DNA of 64,000 bases, taken from Verrucomicrobiaceae bacterium. Lineage in GTDB: Bacteria > Verrucomicrobiota > Verrucomicrobiia > Verrucomicrobiales > Akkermansiaceae. Position 1 is the first letter of the stretch. Every line of letters starts with the position of its first letter. Positions 19,228 through 28,924 of this stretch are shown here, piece by piece. The translations under genes and the position numbers were made by a program. Below the pieces are notes generated by a model that was given only the letters and a program-made list of their open reading frames with translations, ran no database searches and was not told the origin of the DNA. The stretch spans positions 1-64,000 of the forward strand of contig JBPOGH010000016.1 in NCBI GenBank assembly GCA_051252135.1. The letters are read 5' to 3'.

Positions 19228-20499
19228 TCATTTCAGCCGGAGACAAATCATCCGATCCTGTCCACGCATGATCAGCTTGCCATCGGAGAGGGCCAGATTG
19301 CTCCAAAACTTGAGGTCCTTTTTGCTATCCGGGTCGGTCTCGAAAACGTTGGCCTCGGCGAGAAGCTTGAATCCCTTGGGCGAAGGTTCCACCAGTCGGA
19401 GGACCCCGTTCTCTCCATCCTGAATAATGAGCATCCCGTCGGCAACGATGGAGCTGCCCCGGCCCATGAAGGGTTCGGTGCCGGTGGACCAAAGTTCTTT
19501 GCCCTCAAGAGTGAAGCAGGCAAGACCACCGGTGCGACGCTTCGCCTTGGCTTTATGGTTCGAGTTCTCGTTGGCGAGAAAATAGAGATGTCCGTCAATA
19601 AGATGGGGCGGATGAACCTGGGTGCCCTTTTTGGTCTCCCAAAGGACGTCGACCTCGTAGCCCGAGCCGATTTTTTTGACCGAGAGCATCTTGGAACCGC
19701 AATCGTAGCCACCGCTCGCGAAAATACGCTCACCGTCAATCTGGATCGGAGCCGGGATGGGGATTCGATTGGTGTAGGCATCGGACGACCAGAGACGTTC
19801 CCCGGTCTTGGGATCGAGGCCATGGAGTCCGCCGCCGGTGGTGATCATAACAACTTGTTGTTGTCCGCCGAGGGTCATGATCGTCGGTGAAGAATGGCTG
19901 TCGCCCACCGGGCCGGTTTTCCAAAGCTCTTTACCCGTTTTCTTATCGACGCCAATGATGCCGGTTTCCTTTCCAAAGGGCGTTAAAATCACGATGTCAT
20001 CGACGATCAGGGTGCATTGGGCGTAGCCCCATTTCGGAGCGCGTTCGATGTCCTTGTAACGCTCTTCAAGCTTGAACGACCAATCCGCCTTGTGGGTTTC
20101 ACGGTTGATCCGAAAGGCATTGCCCCAAGGACCAATAAAGTAGACGGCGTCCTCCTCGACGGTAGGCACTGATCTCGATCCCGGAAAGGACGGCTCTCCC
20201 TCCGAGGGATTCTCGAAATGCCATTTTTCTTCTCCGGTAGCGAGATCGAGGCATCTGAGGATGTCCTTTTCCTGCGAGACGCGATCCACCACAAAGACCT
20301 CATTCCCAACGACCGCCGCCCCTCCAAAACCTTCCTCCAATTCGTTCTTCCAAAGGATCTTGGGTCCCGCTTCCGGGAATGATTTGAGGAGCCCCGTCTC
20401 TATAGAGGTGCCATCTCGTTGGGGTCCCAAAAAATGAGGCCAATCCGCAGCAGAGAGTGATGAGAGTCCCAGGACAAGTAGCAGAAGGCTCGATTTCAT
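19228..20499 (-). CDS. PQQ-like beta-propeller repeat protein (BamB-like)
   Basis: Signal peptide, DWPHFLGPQRDG and repeated LDxxTGxExW motifs. Confidence 0.85.
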   Translation of the reverse strand: MKSSLLLLVLGLSSLSAADWPHFLGPQRDGTSIETGLLKSFPEAGPKILWKNELEEGFGGAAVVGNEVFVVDRVSQEKDILRCLDLATGEEKWHFENPSEGEPSFPGSRSVPTVEEDAVYFIGPWGNAFRINRETHKADWSFKLEERYKDIERAPKWGYAQCTLIVDDIVILTPFGKETGIIGVDKKTGKELWKTGPVGDSHSSPTIMTLGGQQQVVMITTGGGLHGLDPKTGERLWSSDAYTNRIPIPAPIQIDGERIFASGGYDCGSKMLSVKKIGSGYEVDVLWETKKGTQVHPPHLIDGHLYFLANENSNHKAKAKRRTGGLACFTLEGKELWSTGTEPFMGRGSSIVADGMLIIQDGENGVLRLVEPSPKGFKLLAEANVFETDPDSKKDLKFWSNLALSDGKLIMRGQDRMICLRLK

Positions 20500-20603
20500 A
20501 ATCGGGGAGCATTCTGGATTGGAGAATTTGAACAAGCATAAAGAGAGCCTCCCCATCAACCGAACCCTCAAAGTCAGCACCCCGAAATCGATGCGGCCTC
20601 CTC

Positions 20604-22163
20604 TCAGGATTCAATCTTCATCATGGCCTCCGCACACCTCCGACCATCCAGCGCCGCCGAAACAATCCCTCCGGCATACCCCGCACCTTCACCGCAGGGA
20701 TACAATCCCTTCACCTCCGGATGCTGCAAATCATCCCCGCGAGGAATCCGCACCGGCGAACTCGTCCGCGTCTCAAAGCCGATCAACAGCGCATCCGGAC
20801 CCGTGTAACCACGCATCGACTTCCCAAATTTCCGCAACCCCGCTGCCAATCGTGAACTGATCGACTCCGGTAAAATTTGATCCAGCCGCACCGACTTCAG
20901 CCCGGGGAAGTAACTCGTCTTCGGCAATTCCTTCGACAGCTTCCCTGCCAAAAAGTCCGTCACCCGTTGCGCCGGTGCCACCTGACCCCCGCCTCCCGCT
21001 TCCTTCGCCAGCTGCTCCAGCTTCTTCTGAAAACGAATCCCCGCCAACACATCGTCATCTTCCAAATCCTCCGGCTCCACTCCCACCACCAACCCGCTGT
21101 TTGCAAAAGGGGAATCACGTCGTGACAAACTCATCCCGTTCACCACCACCTCATCATTCTCCGTCGCCGCCGGCACCACAAACCCGCCCGGACACATGCA
21201 AAACGAATGCACACTCCGACCCTTGATCTGCGTCGCCAGTCGATACCGCGAAGCCGGAAGCAAATCGCCCCGCTTCTCATCCTCACGTAAATGATACTGC
21301 AACTTGTCGATCAGCGGCTGCGGATGCTCGATCCGCACCCCCACCGCGAACGCCTTGCGCTCCATCAGAATCTTCTTCTCCGCCAACAGCTCATAAATAT
21401 CCCGCGCCGAGTGCCCCGTCGCCAGAATCACTCCCTTCCCCGTGAACTCCCGCTCATCCACCGTCCGCACCCCGCGCATCACCCCGTCCTCCATCAAAAA
21501 ATCCCCCACCTTCGCACCAAAATGCACCTCGCCCCCTGCCGCGATGATCGACTTCCGCATCGCCATCACCACCTTCGGCAACAGGTTTGACCCAATATGC
21601 GGATGCGCCTGCACCAAAATATTCTTCGGCGCCCCGTGCGCCACCAGGATTTCATAAACATCCATCACCGGACCCCGCTTCGTCGCCCGCGTATACAATT
21701 TCCCATCGGAAAACGTGCCCGCGCCACCCTCACCAAAACAGTAATTCGATTCCTCCACCACCCGGCCCTCGCGCATAATCGGAGCCAAATCAAATCGCCT
21801 CGCCGAAGCATCCTTGCCCCGCTCCAGCACAATCGGCTTCATCCCCAACTCCAAACACCGCATCGCTGCAAACATCCCTGCCGGACCCGCACCCACAATC
21901 ACCACCACCTCCGCATCCCCGGCCAATGGCTCCGGCTTCCATTCAAAAGTCTCCACCGGCGGCAACACCTGGTCCACCCCCACTTCCACCCGCATCAGAT
22001 ACTTCACCGGACGCTTCCGCGCATCGAGCGATTGCTTCAGCAAGCGAATCCCTCGAATCTGCCGTGGATCAATCCGCAACTTCCGCGCCGCCTGTTCTTT
22101 CCAACGCGTCCGTTCATTCGCCTCCCCTGGAGCCAGGAGAATATCCACTGTTTCAATCGCCAT
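20604..22163 (-). CDS. NAD(P)/FAD-dependent oxidoreductase (COG2509-like)
   Basis: VGAGPAG, FGEGGAGTFSDGKL, FCMCPGG and GEGAGYAGGIVSAA. Confidence 0.9.
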   Translation of the reverse strand: MAIETVDILLAPGEANERTRWKEQAARKLRIDPRQIRGIRLLKQSLDARKRPVKYLMRVEVGVDQVLPPVETFEWKPEPLAGDAEVVVIVGAGPAGMFAAMRCLELGMKPIVLERGKDASARRFDLAPIMREGRVVEESNYCFGEGGAGTFSDGKLYTRATKRGPVMDVYEILVAHGAPKNILVQAHPHIGSNLLPKVVMAMRKSIIAAGGEVHFGAKVGDFLMEDGVMRGVRTVDEREFTGKGVILATGHSARDIYELLAEKKILMERKAFAVGVRIEHPQPLIDKLQYHLREDEKRGDLLPASRYRLATQIKGRSVHSFCMCPGGFVVPAATENDEVVVNGMSLSRRDSPFANSGLVVGVEPEDLEDDDVLAGIRFQKKLEQLAKEAGGGGQVAPAQRVTDFLAGKLSKELPKTSYFPGLKSVRLDQILPESISSRLAAGLRKFGKSMRGYTGPDALLIGFETRTSSPVRIPRGDDLQHPEVKGLYPCGEGAGYAGGIVSAALDGRRCAEAMMKIES

Positions 22164-22170
22164 ATAATAA

Positions 22171-22533
22171 TTACTTAAGCAGGAGCATCCGCAAGCCCAC
22201 CAGGACAAGCAGCACTCCAAAAATTCTCGTCAACGTCGGACCACTCAGACTCTTCATCAGGTCCGCCCCATACCACGCCGCCACCGCCGCACCCACTGCC
22301 GTCACCGCCACCAGCCGCCAATCGATCAAATCCGACTTCGTCGCATTGTTAATCGTCCCCGACAGCCCGCTCACCACCACCACCGCAAGCGATGTCGCCA
22401 CCGCCGCCTTCTGCCCCATCCCAAGAATCAGCACAAAAGCCGGCACCATAATGATCCCGCCACCCACGCCGCAAAGCGAACCCACCAAGCCCGCCATCAC
22501 CCCAATCAGCAACCCGGTAACCAGCAGCTTCAT
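22171..22533 (-). CDS. TauE/SafE-family membrane protein, single repeat
   Basis: GVGGGIIMVP and AVATSL; only 120 aa, about 4 TM helices. Confidence 0.8.
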   Translation of the reverse strand: MKLLVTGLLIGVMAGLVGSLCGVGGGIIMVPAFVLILGMGQKAAVATSLAVVVVSGLSGTINNATKSDLIDWRLVAVTAVGAAVAAWYGADLMKSLSGPTLTRIFGVLLVLVGLRMLLLK

Positions 22534-23090
22534 GATCCCAGAAGTTCGGTCCGTGTGAAAATACTCACCACCGGCACCCCGTCCGCCTCAATCGCCGGAC
22601 GACCACCTTCTTCGCGGTCCACCAGCACCAGACAAAAGACCACCTCGCCACCCGCCGCACGGATCGCCTCAATCGCCTTCAGCGTCGACCCACCCGTCGT
22701 GATCACATCATCCACCACCACCACCTTGTCGCCTTCCTTAAAATTCCCCTCGATCTGCTTCCCGCGCCCATGACCCTTTGGCTCCTTGCGAACCGTAAAA
22801 ACCTGCAGCGCCTTCTCATCCGCAGCACTCGCCATCCCCACCACCAAGGAAATCGGATCCGCTCCCATCGTCATCCCGCCTATCGCGTCCACCTCCAGCC
22901 CCTCCGCCTCAATCTTCCCCTTCACCAACTCCCAACCCGCTTCCCCAATCCAGGCCGCACCCCGGTTGTCCAGAGCCGTCACCCGGCAATCCACATAAAG
23001 ATCACTCTTCTTCCCCGATGCCAGAGTGAAATCCCCCGTCCTCACTGATTTCGCCAGCAACATCTCTTTCAAATCATCCTTCGCGCTCAT
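22530..23090 (-). CDS. pyrE: orotate phosphoribosyltransferase
   Basis: FTLASGKKS, RKEPKGHG and the PRPP-binding motif VVDDVITTGGS. Confidence 0.95.
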   Translation of the reverse strand: MSAKDDLKEMLLAKSVRTGDFTLASGKKSDLYVDCRVTALDNRGAAWIGEAGWELVKGKIEAEGLEVDAIGGMTMGADPISLVVGMASAADEKALQVFTVRKEPKGHGRGKQIEGNFKEGDKVVVVDDVITTGGSTLKAIEAIRAAGGEVVFCLVLVDREEGGRPAIEADGVPVVSIFTRTELLGS

Positions 23091-23247
23091 CGGAGCGGAG
23101 CTTGCAGGAAGCTGATTCAAAACTCAACCTCTATGGAGGTCACAACACGACTATCCCCATCCCTGGATTCCATCTTCACCCCATCCTTTCTAAAAAACTT
23201 CTCCCAAATTGTCTGATTTCGCATCCTCACGACTGTTTAACAGTAGA

Positions 23248-24846
23248 ATGGCTTCTTCCCAAACATCCCCATCCCCCGACTCCGAACTCCTTGCCCGCTT
23301 CGCTGGCTCCCGGGATGAGGACGCCTTTGCGATGCTTATGAAGAAACACTGGGGCTTCGCCTACTCGATTGCCCGACGATCCCTCCCAAACGATGCCCTC
23401 GCAGAAGACGCCACCCAACAGGCCTTCATCGCGCTCTCCAGGAATGCGCAAAAACTGTCCAAATCCACCAGCCTTGGGCCTTGGTTGTTCCGAACCGTAA
23501 ACCACGAATGCTCCAATATCCGACGCCGCGAACAACGACACCAAAAACGGAATCGCGACTACGCCGAGGCTTCTTCCCGTAATCCGGAACCCTCGAACTA
23601 TCTCTCCCGAAAACTTCACCAAGGCCTCAATCAGCTCTCCACAAAAGAGCGCGAACTCATTCTCCTTCGCTTCTACGAAGGTCTCACCGCCGACCAAATC
23701 GGCGCGAAGCTCAAAATCTCACCCGCTGCCGCCCAACGCCGCACCCATCGCGCGCTCGAACGACTCTCCACCTTCGCCAACACCGCCGATCAGGACCAAC
23801 AATCACTCCACCTTTCTCTCCCTGCCCTCCTCTCTCCAAACCTCCTCCCAACAAAAGAAGCCCTCACCACCATCCTCTCATCACCCGCCTCCGCATCCAC
23901 CTCCCTGCTTCTCCCCACCGCCGGTTGGCTCATCGCCACCACCCTCTGCGTCGCCACCGCCAAACAAGTCGTCCCCAAACTTCCACCCGCTCAGCCCGCG
24001 CCCACCCAAACCGTTTCCAGCACCCGCACCCTCAGAACACCCACGCCTCCCGCCCTCCCCGACGATCCCGACCTCGCCCAATTCATCACCCACGCCCACA
24101 CTTCCCCGGATCAAGCATTCGCCTGGAGCCGTGAACGCTTTCCCCTCCTCGACCGGGAAGCGGACTTCCTCGAAAAAGCCGCCTTTCACCTCGCCCAAAA
24201 CGACCCCGACCTCGCTAAAACCCTCCTCGCCTCCCGCAAAGCCCCCCGTCACCGCCAACCCCTGATCACCGCTCTTGTCCAAACCAACCTCTCTTCTGAT
24301 TTTCCCGCCACCATCCAATGGCTCGAATCCCTTCCCAACCTGAGAGACTACCAAGCCTGCTATAGCGTCAACTTCCAGTCATGGGAACAGGCCCAATTCA
24401 TCGACCAACTCGAGGCCGCTCTCGCCGTCTCCACCAAACCCATCGTCCAAAGTTTCCTCGCTGAAAACATCGTCGATTACTACCGGGAAACCGATGAAAC
24501 CAAGATCATCGACCTCGCCAAATCCCTCGATGGGGAAGCCAAAAAAGATGTCCTCAACGACCTCATCATGATCCAGCTCGATCGCGACCACCCCATGGCC
24601 AACGAGCTCATCGCGGAACTCAAGGGAGATGTCAGGCTCAACGACAACGAAGTCCTCGCCCGAAATCCCGGACGCTTTCTCGAAGCCAGCCTTCCCTACC
24701 TCACAGGAGACCCCATCAAACTCTTCCCCGCACGCCGCCTCGCCACCGATTGGTTCAAACAAGACCCTGAAGGAGCCCTCGCCTGGGTCACTCAAAACGA
24801 TCCTACCAACATCCTTCAACTTCCAGCCCACCAGCGCGCCCAATGA
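23248..24846 (+). CDS. ECF sigma-70 factor with long membrane-linked C-terminal extension
   Basis: Region 2 (AEDATQQAF, WLFR) and region 4 (LRFYEGL...RALERL), then a hydrophobic segment and ~300 aa of helical sequence. Confidence 0.85.
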   Translation: MASSQTSPSPDSELLARFAGSRDEDAFAMLMKKHWGFAYSIARRSLPNDALAEDATQQAFIALSRNAQKLSKSTSLGPWLFRTVNHECSNIRRREQRHQKRNRDYAEASSRNPEPSNYLSRKLHQGLNQLSTKERELILLRFYEGLTADQIGAKLKISPAAAQRRTHRALERLSTFANTADQDQQSLHLSLPALLSPNLLPTKEALTTILSSPASASTSLLLPTAGWLIATTLCVATAKQVVPKLPPAQPAPTQTVSSTRTLRTPTPPALPDDPDLAQFITHAHTSPDQAFAWSRERFPLLDREADFLEKAAFHLAQNDPDLAKTLLASRKAPRHRQPLITALVQTNLSSDFPATIQWLESLPNLRDYQACYSVNFQSWEQAQFIDQLEAALAVSTKPIVQSFLAENIVDYYRETDETKIIDLAKSLDGEAKKDVLNDLIMIQLDRDHPMANELIAELKGDVRLNDNEVLARNPGRFLEASLPYLTGDPIKLFPARRLATDWFKQDPEGALAWVTQNDPTNILQLPAHQRAQ

Positions 24847-26171
24847 AACGTCACCACCTTCACGTCATCGGCGCTTCCTTTCTTCTCGTCGCCGTCTTCT
24901 TCTCCTGGCCCTCTCAAGAGCAATCCGCCCCCGCTCCTCTCGCCCTCCGGACATCCCAGCGAACCCAAGCCAGTAACTCCCCCTCAATCCGGACCACCCC
25001 ATCCCCGGTCCGTATCGAAACCATCCCCTTCTTTGAGTCACCTCGTCTCCATATTACGACGAATGGTTCCATCGTCCTAAAGGCAACCAGCTTCGAAGAC
25101 CTAAAGGCCGCCCTCGATTCCGTCTCCGCCCTCCCTCCTTCAACCCTTCGTGATAAAGCGATCGCAGACCTCCTCGAACGCCTCGCAGAAATCGATCCAC
25201 AATTTGCAAAACAGCAGTGGCTCGCCTGGGAAAACGCCCTCACCGAACCTTGGCTCGAAGCCGCCTCAAAAATCTGCCTCGCCCTGGCCAAAGACGACCC
25301 CTTCGGCCCCTCGGACTTCATCACCGAACACCTTCCTCGCACCGCACAGCTCGACGCCTGGGAACCACTCCTCTGGACCATGGACTATTCTGCCGCTGCG
25401 AAAGTTCTCCCAAATTTTCCCATCAACCGACAATCCCTTCGCCTCACCAAAAGCCTCTCCATCCAGTGGATGAAAGCCGACCCTGAAGCCTGCGTCACTT
25501 GGCTCGAATCCCTGCTCCCAACCCTCAGCCAAGAGCAACGCCAGTCACTCAATAACTCCCTCAACGTCTACCGCACCTTCCATCCCAGCGATCCCGATCC
25601 CTTCGAAAACCGCCTCACCTCCTTCCGCCTCGCCAAAAACCCGCTCACCCGCAATTACCTCGCCCACCTCGTCCTCGATACCCAAAACGTCACCAGCGAA
25701 CAAAGGGCCGCCTTCATCGACGAACTCGCCGATGCTCTCCCCGACTACCACGCAATCCTCACCTCCCCGGATCAAAAAGAACTCCAGGAATTCCGCGCCC
25801 AGCCTCAAAAAATCGCCGCCACCCTCTCGCCCGCTGAATACAAAAATCTCAGCTCCCAAAAACAGTCCGCCCTCATCGACGGCCTCACCAACTCCAATCC
25901 GGAAAATGCCGCGAAGTTCCTCGTCAAAATGGAGACGTCATCACGTCTCGGCTCCGTCCTCTTTGACTGGCACGAGGCCGCCCCCGCCGACACCCTTGCG
26001 TTCACTAAAACCATCTCCGAAGACCCCAAGTATCAGCTCACCCTCTTCAATTTCGCCATGACCACCGCCCACTTCGCCCAGGAAGAGTCCACCCTCACCC
26101 TCATCAACTTCATTAAATCCCCCGCTCGTCGGAAAAAGATTCGCGCCAAACTCGCCGAGAGGAAAAATTAA
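24843..26171 (+). CDS. hypothetical membrane-anchored protein
   Basis: N-terminal TM helix, ATGA overlap with the sigma factor, DPxxxxxW-type helical repeats. Confidence 0.7.
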   Translation: MKRHHLHVIGASFLLVAVFFSWPSQEQSAPAPLALRTSQRTQASNSPSIRTTPSPVRIETIPFFESPRLHITTNGSIVLKATSFEDLKAALDSVSALPPSTLRDKAIADLLERLAEIDPQFAKQQWLAWENALTEPWLEAASKICLALAKDDPFGPSDFITEHLPRTAQLDAWEPLLWTMDYSAAAKVLPNFPINRQSLRLTKSLSIQWMKADPEACVTWLESLLPTLSQEQRQSLNNSLNVYRTFHPSDPDPFENRLTSFRLAKNPLTRNYLAHLVLDTQNVTSEQRAAFIDELADALPDYHAILTSPDQKELQEFRAQPQKIAATLSPAEYKNLSSQKQSALIDGLTNSNPENAAKFLVKMETSSRLGSVLFDWHEAAPADTLAFTKTISEDPKYQLTLFNFAMTTAHFAQEESTLTLINFIKSPARRKKIRAKLAERKN

Positions 26172-27505
26172 ATCCCCTCCACCCCCGCATACCCAAACCC
26201 CGGTCCACTCAGCGTCGACCAATCCAAAATCCCCTCCCGCCTCCGGTACAACCCCGGATGCACCTTCAAAAACTCTTTCGACGCCTCGGGATAAAACTGC
26301 ATCGCATTGCTCTCCACCCCGCAGATCGTCCCCGCATACGCCGCCAGCAACACATGCGGCACCTGCGCCAGCCGCGGATTTGTCAAATCCTGCACCATCA
26401 GCGTCATCCCGTGCTCCTTCGCCCAGCACAAACTCAGCAGCGCACCCGTCAGCGTCTTGCACGTCTTCAACGCCACACTGGTCCACCCCAGTTCACGACC
26501 CAGCCGCACAAAGCGCCAGTCGTGCGCGCTCTCATCCATAAAGAGCGGCTTCCGCTCACTCACCGAATGGACATCGATCTGGTTCGCTTCCAGATCATAG
26601 GGAAACGGCTGCTCCACATAAACAATCCGATCCCATATCTCCGTGTGATCCGCCTTCAGCCGATCCAAAATCTCATTCACATACCCCGGGTCCGTCACCA
26701 TGCAGTTAAAGTCCGTCGTCAGATTCGTCACCCCTTCCTCCAGCGAAATTTTCCCGATCGCCACCAGCCGCGCGTAGTCCCACTCCAAATCATTCCCCCG
26801 CAGTTTGATCTTCAAACAATCCAGCCCGTCACGCTGAATCCAATCCCGCAACAACACCGGATAACCATCATCCGGCTCACTCCCCGACAGCTCCGACTCA
26901 TCAATCGGATCCAACCCACCCACCAAATGCCACACCGGCATCTGCTTCTCCGGCTCCACCAAATAGTCCGACGCATACTTCCCGACAAAAGCCTCCTTCG
27001 GCTCCAAAAAATGACTCAGATCCCGCTCGCCCAACCACTCCCTGCCCAGACACTCAAACGCCCCCACCCCATGCAATTTTCCAAAGGCATCATAAAGCGC
27101 CAGATCAAAAGCCGACAAACAAACCAGCGCCGCCAAATGAGGCATCTTCTCCGCCTCACTCATCCCCTCACCCTCTTCGTCCAAACGGTCATGCAAACGG
27201 TTCTCGATGTAATCATGCCCGATCACCATCGGGTGCCCTTCCGCTCCATGCCCTAAAAGATCACCTCTCAGCACCTCGCAAAAACTCTTCAGCCGTTCCT
27301 CCCGCTCCACATAACCCAGCTCCGACGGCCACACCCACGCCACACTCAACGGCGTCTCCGCCCAACCGGTCTCACGCTTCCCCTCAGCCTCCGCCGTCAC
27401 CGCCACCCGCGCACAGCTCACCTCCTTGAGCACCTGGTTTCCAAACTTCAGCGGCACCCGGGTCACCACCGGCACAAACGATAGCGCGACTTCAACAATC
27501 TTCAC
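26168..27505 (-). CDS. mandelate racemase/muconate lactonizing enzyme (enolase superfamily)
   Basis: KIK motif, DFN, EQP, DES and ALKTCK. Confidence 0.85.
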   Translation of the reverse strand: MKIVEVALSFVPVVTRVPLKFGNQVLKEVSCARVAVTAEAEGKRETGWAETPLSVAWVWPSELGYVEREERLKSFCEVLRGDLLGHGAEGHPMVIGHDYIENRLHDRLDEEGEGMSEAEKMPHLAALVCLSAFDLALYDAFGKLHGVGAFECLGREWLGERDLSHFLEPKEAFVGKYASDYLVEPEKQMPVWHLVGGLDPIDESELSGSEPDDGYPVLLRDWIQRDGLDCLKIKLRGNDLEWDYARLVAIGKISLEEGVTNLTTDFNCMVTDPGYVNEILDRLKADHTEIWDRIVYVEQPFPYDLEANQIDVHSVSERKPLFMDESAHDWRFVRLGRELGWTSVALKTCKTLTGALLSLCWAKEHGMTLMVQDLTNPRLAQVPHVLLAAYAGTICGVESNAMQFYPEASKEFLKVHPGLYRRREGILDWSTLSGPGFGYAGVEGI

Positions 27506-27656
27506 CCCCCCAACCTGCCCATCACCCCCCCTCTCCGCAATCCCCTATTCAGGCCTCAAAGTTAACCCCAACCCGGCATGCAAAAATTGAAACCAAATCT
27601 CAATCCCCCCAACCAAGTTCAGCGCCTTCTGCGTATTCTGTGGTCAAAAATCTCCT

Positions 27657-28586
27657 TCATGCTCCCACAGGAGCAGCAACCTCCGAAAACCCCTTCGTAA
27701 ATTGCCGGCATATCCTCAAAAAATCCTCCTCCACCATCGTGAGCTGGCGGCTCTCATGACAAAAAACTCCCCACTCCCGCTCCCGACTCACCTTGCCCAG
27801 TGGCAACGCAATCAACTCCCCCCTCTCAATCTCCTTCCGCGCCACCCAAGGCGCCACAATCCCCACTCCGATCCCCACCTTCGCCATCTCCTTGATCGCC
27901 CCCATATCCCCCAGGCTCAACCCCGGACGCAACCGCCCGCCCGCCTTTTCAAAGGAATCCCTCAAAAGCCGATATGTCTCACTCGCCCGCGCATACACCA
28001 GAAAGGACTCCCCCTCCACCGCCGCCATCGTCACTTCCTCAAGCTCCGCCCACGCATGATCAGGCGACACCACATAAATCATCTCGTCCCTGAACACCCC
28101 GTCAAAGCGCGCCCACGTCGGACACCGCCCGCCAATCCCGAACACCAGATCAATCTCCGAGTTGTCCATCGAATCGATCAACTCCGAAGTATCGCCCGAC
28201 TGCAAATGCAACTCACACCGCGGATACAGCTTCTTAAATTCCCTCAGCACCTCCGGCAGCAAATAATGACACAGCGTATGCGTCGCCCCCACCCGCAACC
28301 TCCCCTGACCCCAGCGCTTCAACATCGCCAGATCATCCCCCGCCGACTCCAGCTGCTTCAACGCCAGCCGAAAACGCCGCAGCAACACCATCCCTTCCTG
28401 GGATAAAGCCAACCGCTTCCCGCTTCGCTCAATCAAGCGCGTCTCCAGCTGCGTCTCCAGCGCCCGAATCGAATGACTCACTGCCGACTGCGTCACGTTC
28501 AACCGCTCCGCAGCCTTCGTAAAGCTCTCCGTCTCCGCCACTGCCACCAGCGACCGCACCTGCCTCAAATCGGGTAATTCCATCAT
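27657..28586 (-). CDS. LysR-family transcriptional regulator
   Basis: HTH SFTKAAERLNVTQSAVSHSIRALE plus substrate-binding domain; divergent from the nitrate cluster. Confidence 0.95.
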   Translation of the reverse strand: MMELPDLRQVRSLVAVAETESFTKAAERLNVTQSAVSHSIRALETQLETRLIERSGKRLALSQEGMVLLRRFRLALKQLESAGDDLAMLKRWGQGRLRVGATHTLCHYLLPEVLREFKKLYPRCELHLQSGDTSELIDSMDNSEIDLVFGIGGRCPTWARFDGVFRDEMIYVVSPDHAWAELEEVTMAAVEGESFLVYARASETYRLLRDSFEKAGGRLRPGLSLGDMGAIKEMAKVGIGVGIVAPWVARKEIERGELIALPLGKVSREREWGVFCHESRQLTMVEEDFLRICRQFTKGFSEVAAPVGA

Positions 28587-28587
28587 A

Positions 28588-28666
28588 ATGAACCGGATTC
28601 ATTCGAATCACAAAATTTTAAGAGCAGTCGGAGTGCCAATTCCTTGATCTTGGCACAATCCCCGCT
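28588..28666 (+). promoter_or_regulatory. ATGAA-N5-TTCAT palindrome plus sigma54-like promoter
   Basis: ATGAACCGGATTCAT (28588-28602) abuts the lysR start; TGGCACAATCCCCGCT (GG 28652, GC 28664). Confidence 0.65.
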
Positions 28667-28717
28667 TCACCAACCGCGAGATAAGAGCATCGGCCTTTCT
28701 CATTTTCCCTCCAAACC

Positions 28718-28780
28718 GACGAACCTGAGGACTCGTTAAACGTGTGTGCTGAAGCCCCGGGGTCACCCGGGGCTTCTTCG
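28718..28780 (+). ncRNA. putative structured RNA element ending in an intrinsic terminator (copy 1)
   Basis: GACGA..TCGTT hairpin, GTGTGTG, then the GAAGCCCCGGG/CCCGGGGCTTC hairpin; similar to 30282-30345. Confidence 0.45.
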
Positions 28781-28812
28781 CGTCCGGCTCACTCCCCCCG
28801 CCCCCCCGATCG

Positions 28813-28881
28813 ATGAACCACATTCATGCCAACCAAGAAAATCATCCCTCCTCACAACAGCTTCTTGGCACACCGTCCGCT
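28813..28881 (+). promoter_or_regulatory. palindrome plus sigma54-like promoter for nrtA
   Basis: ATGAACCACATTCAT (28813-28827); TGGCACACCGTCCGCT (GG 28867, GC 28879). Confidence 0.7.
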
Positions 28882-28924
28882 CAGGCCTTCCGGACAATCA
28901 CGGGGACTCCTTCCCACCCAATCA

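Noticed and set aside
28675..28780. Classical ANTAR (NasR/NasT) antitermination leader
   Set aside because: No twin hairpins with AxxG hexaloops were recognisable, there is no ANTAR gene in the window, and nrtA has a second promoter after the terminator. Kept only as a weak alternative.
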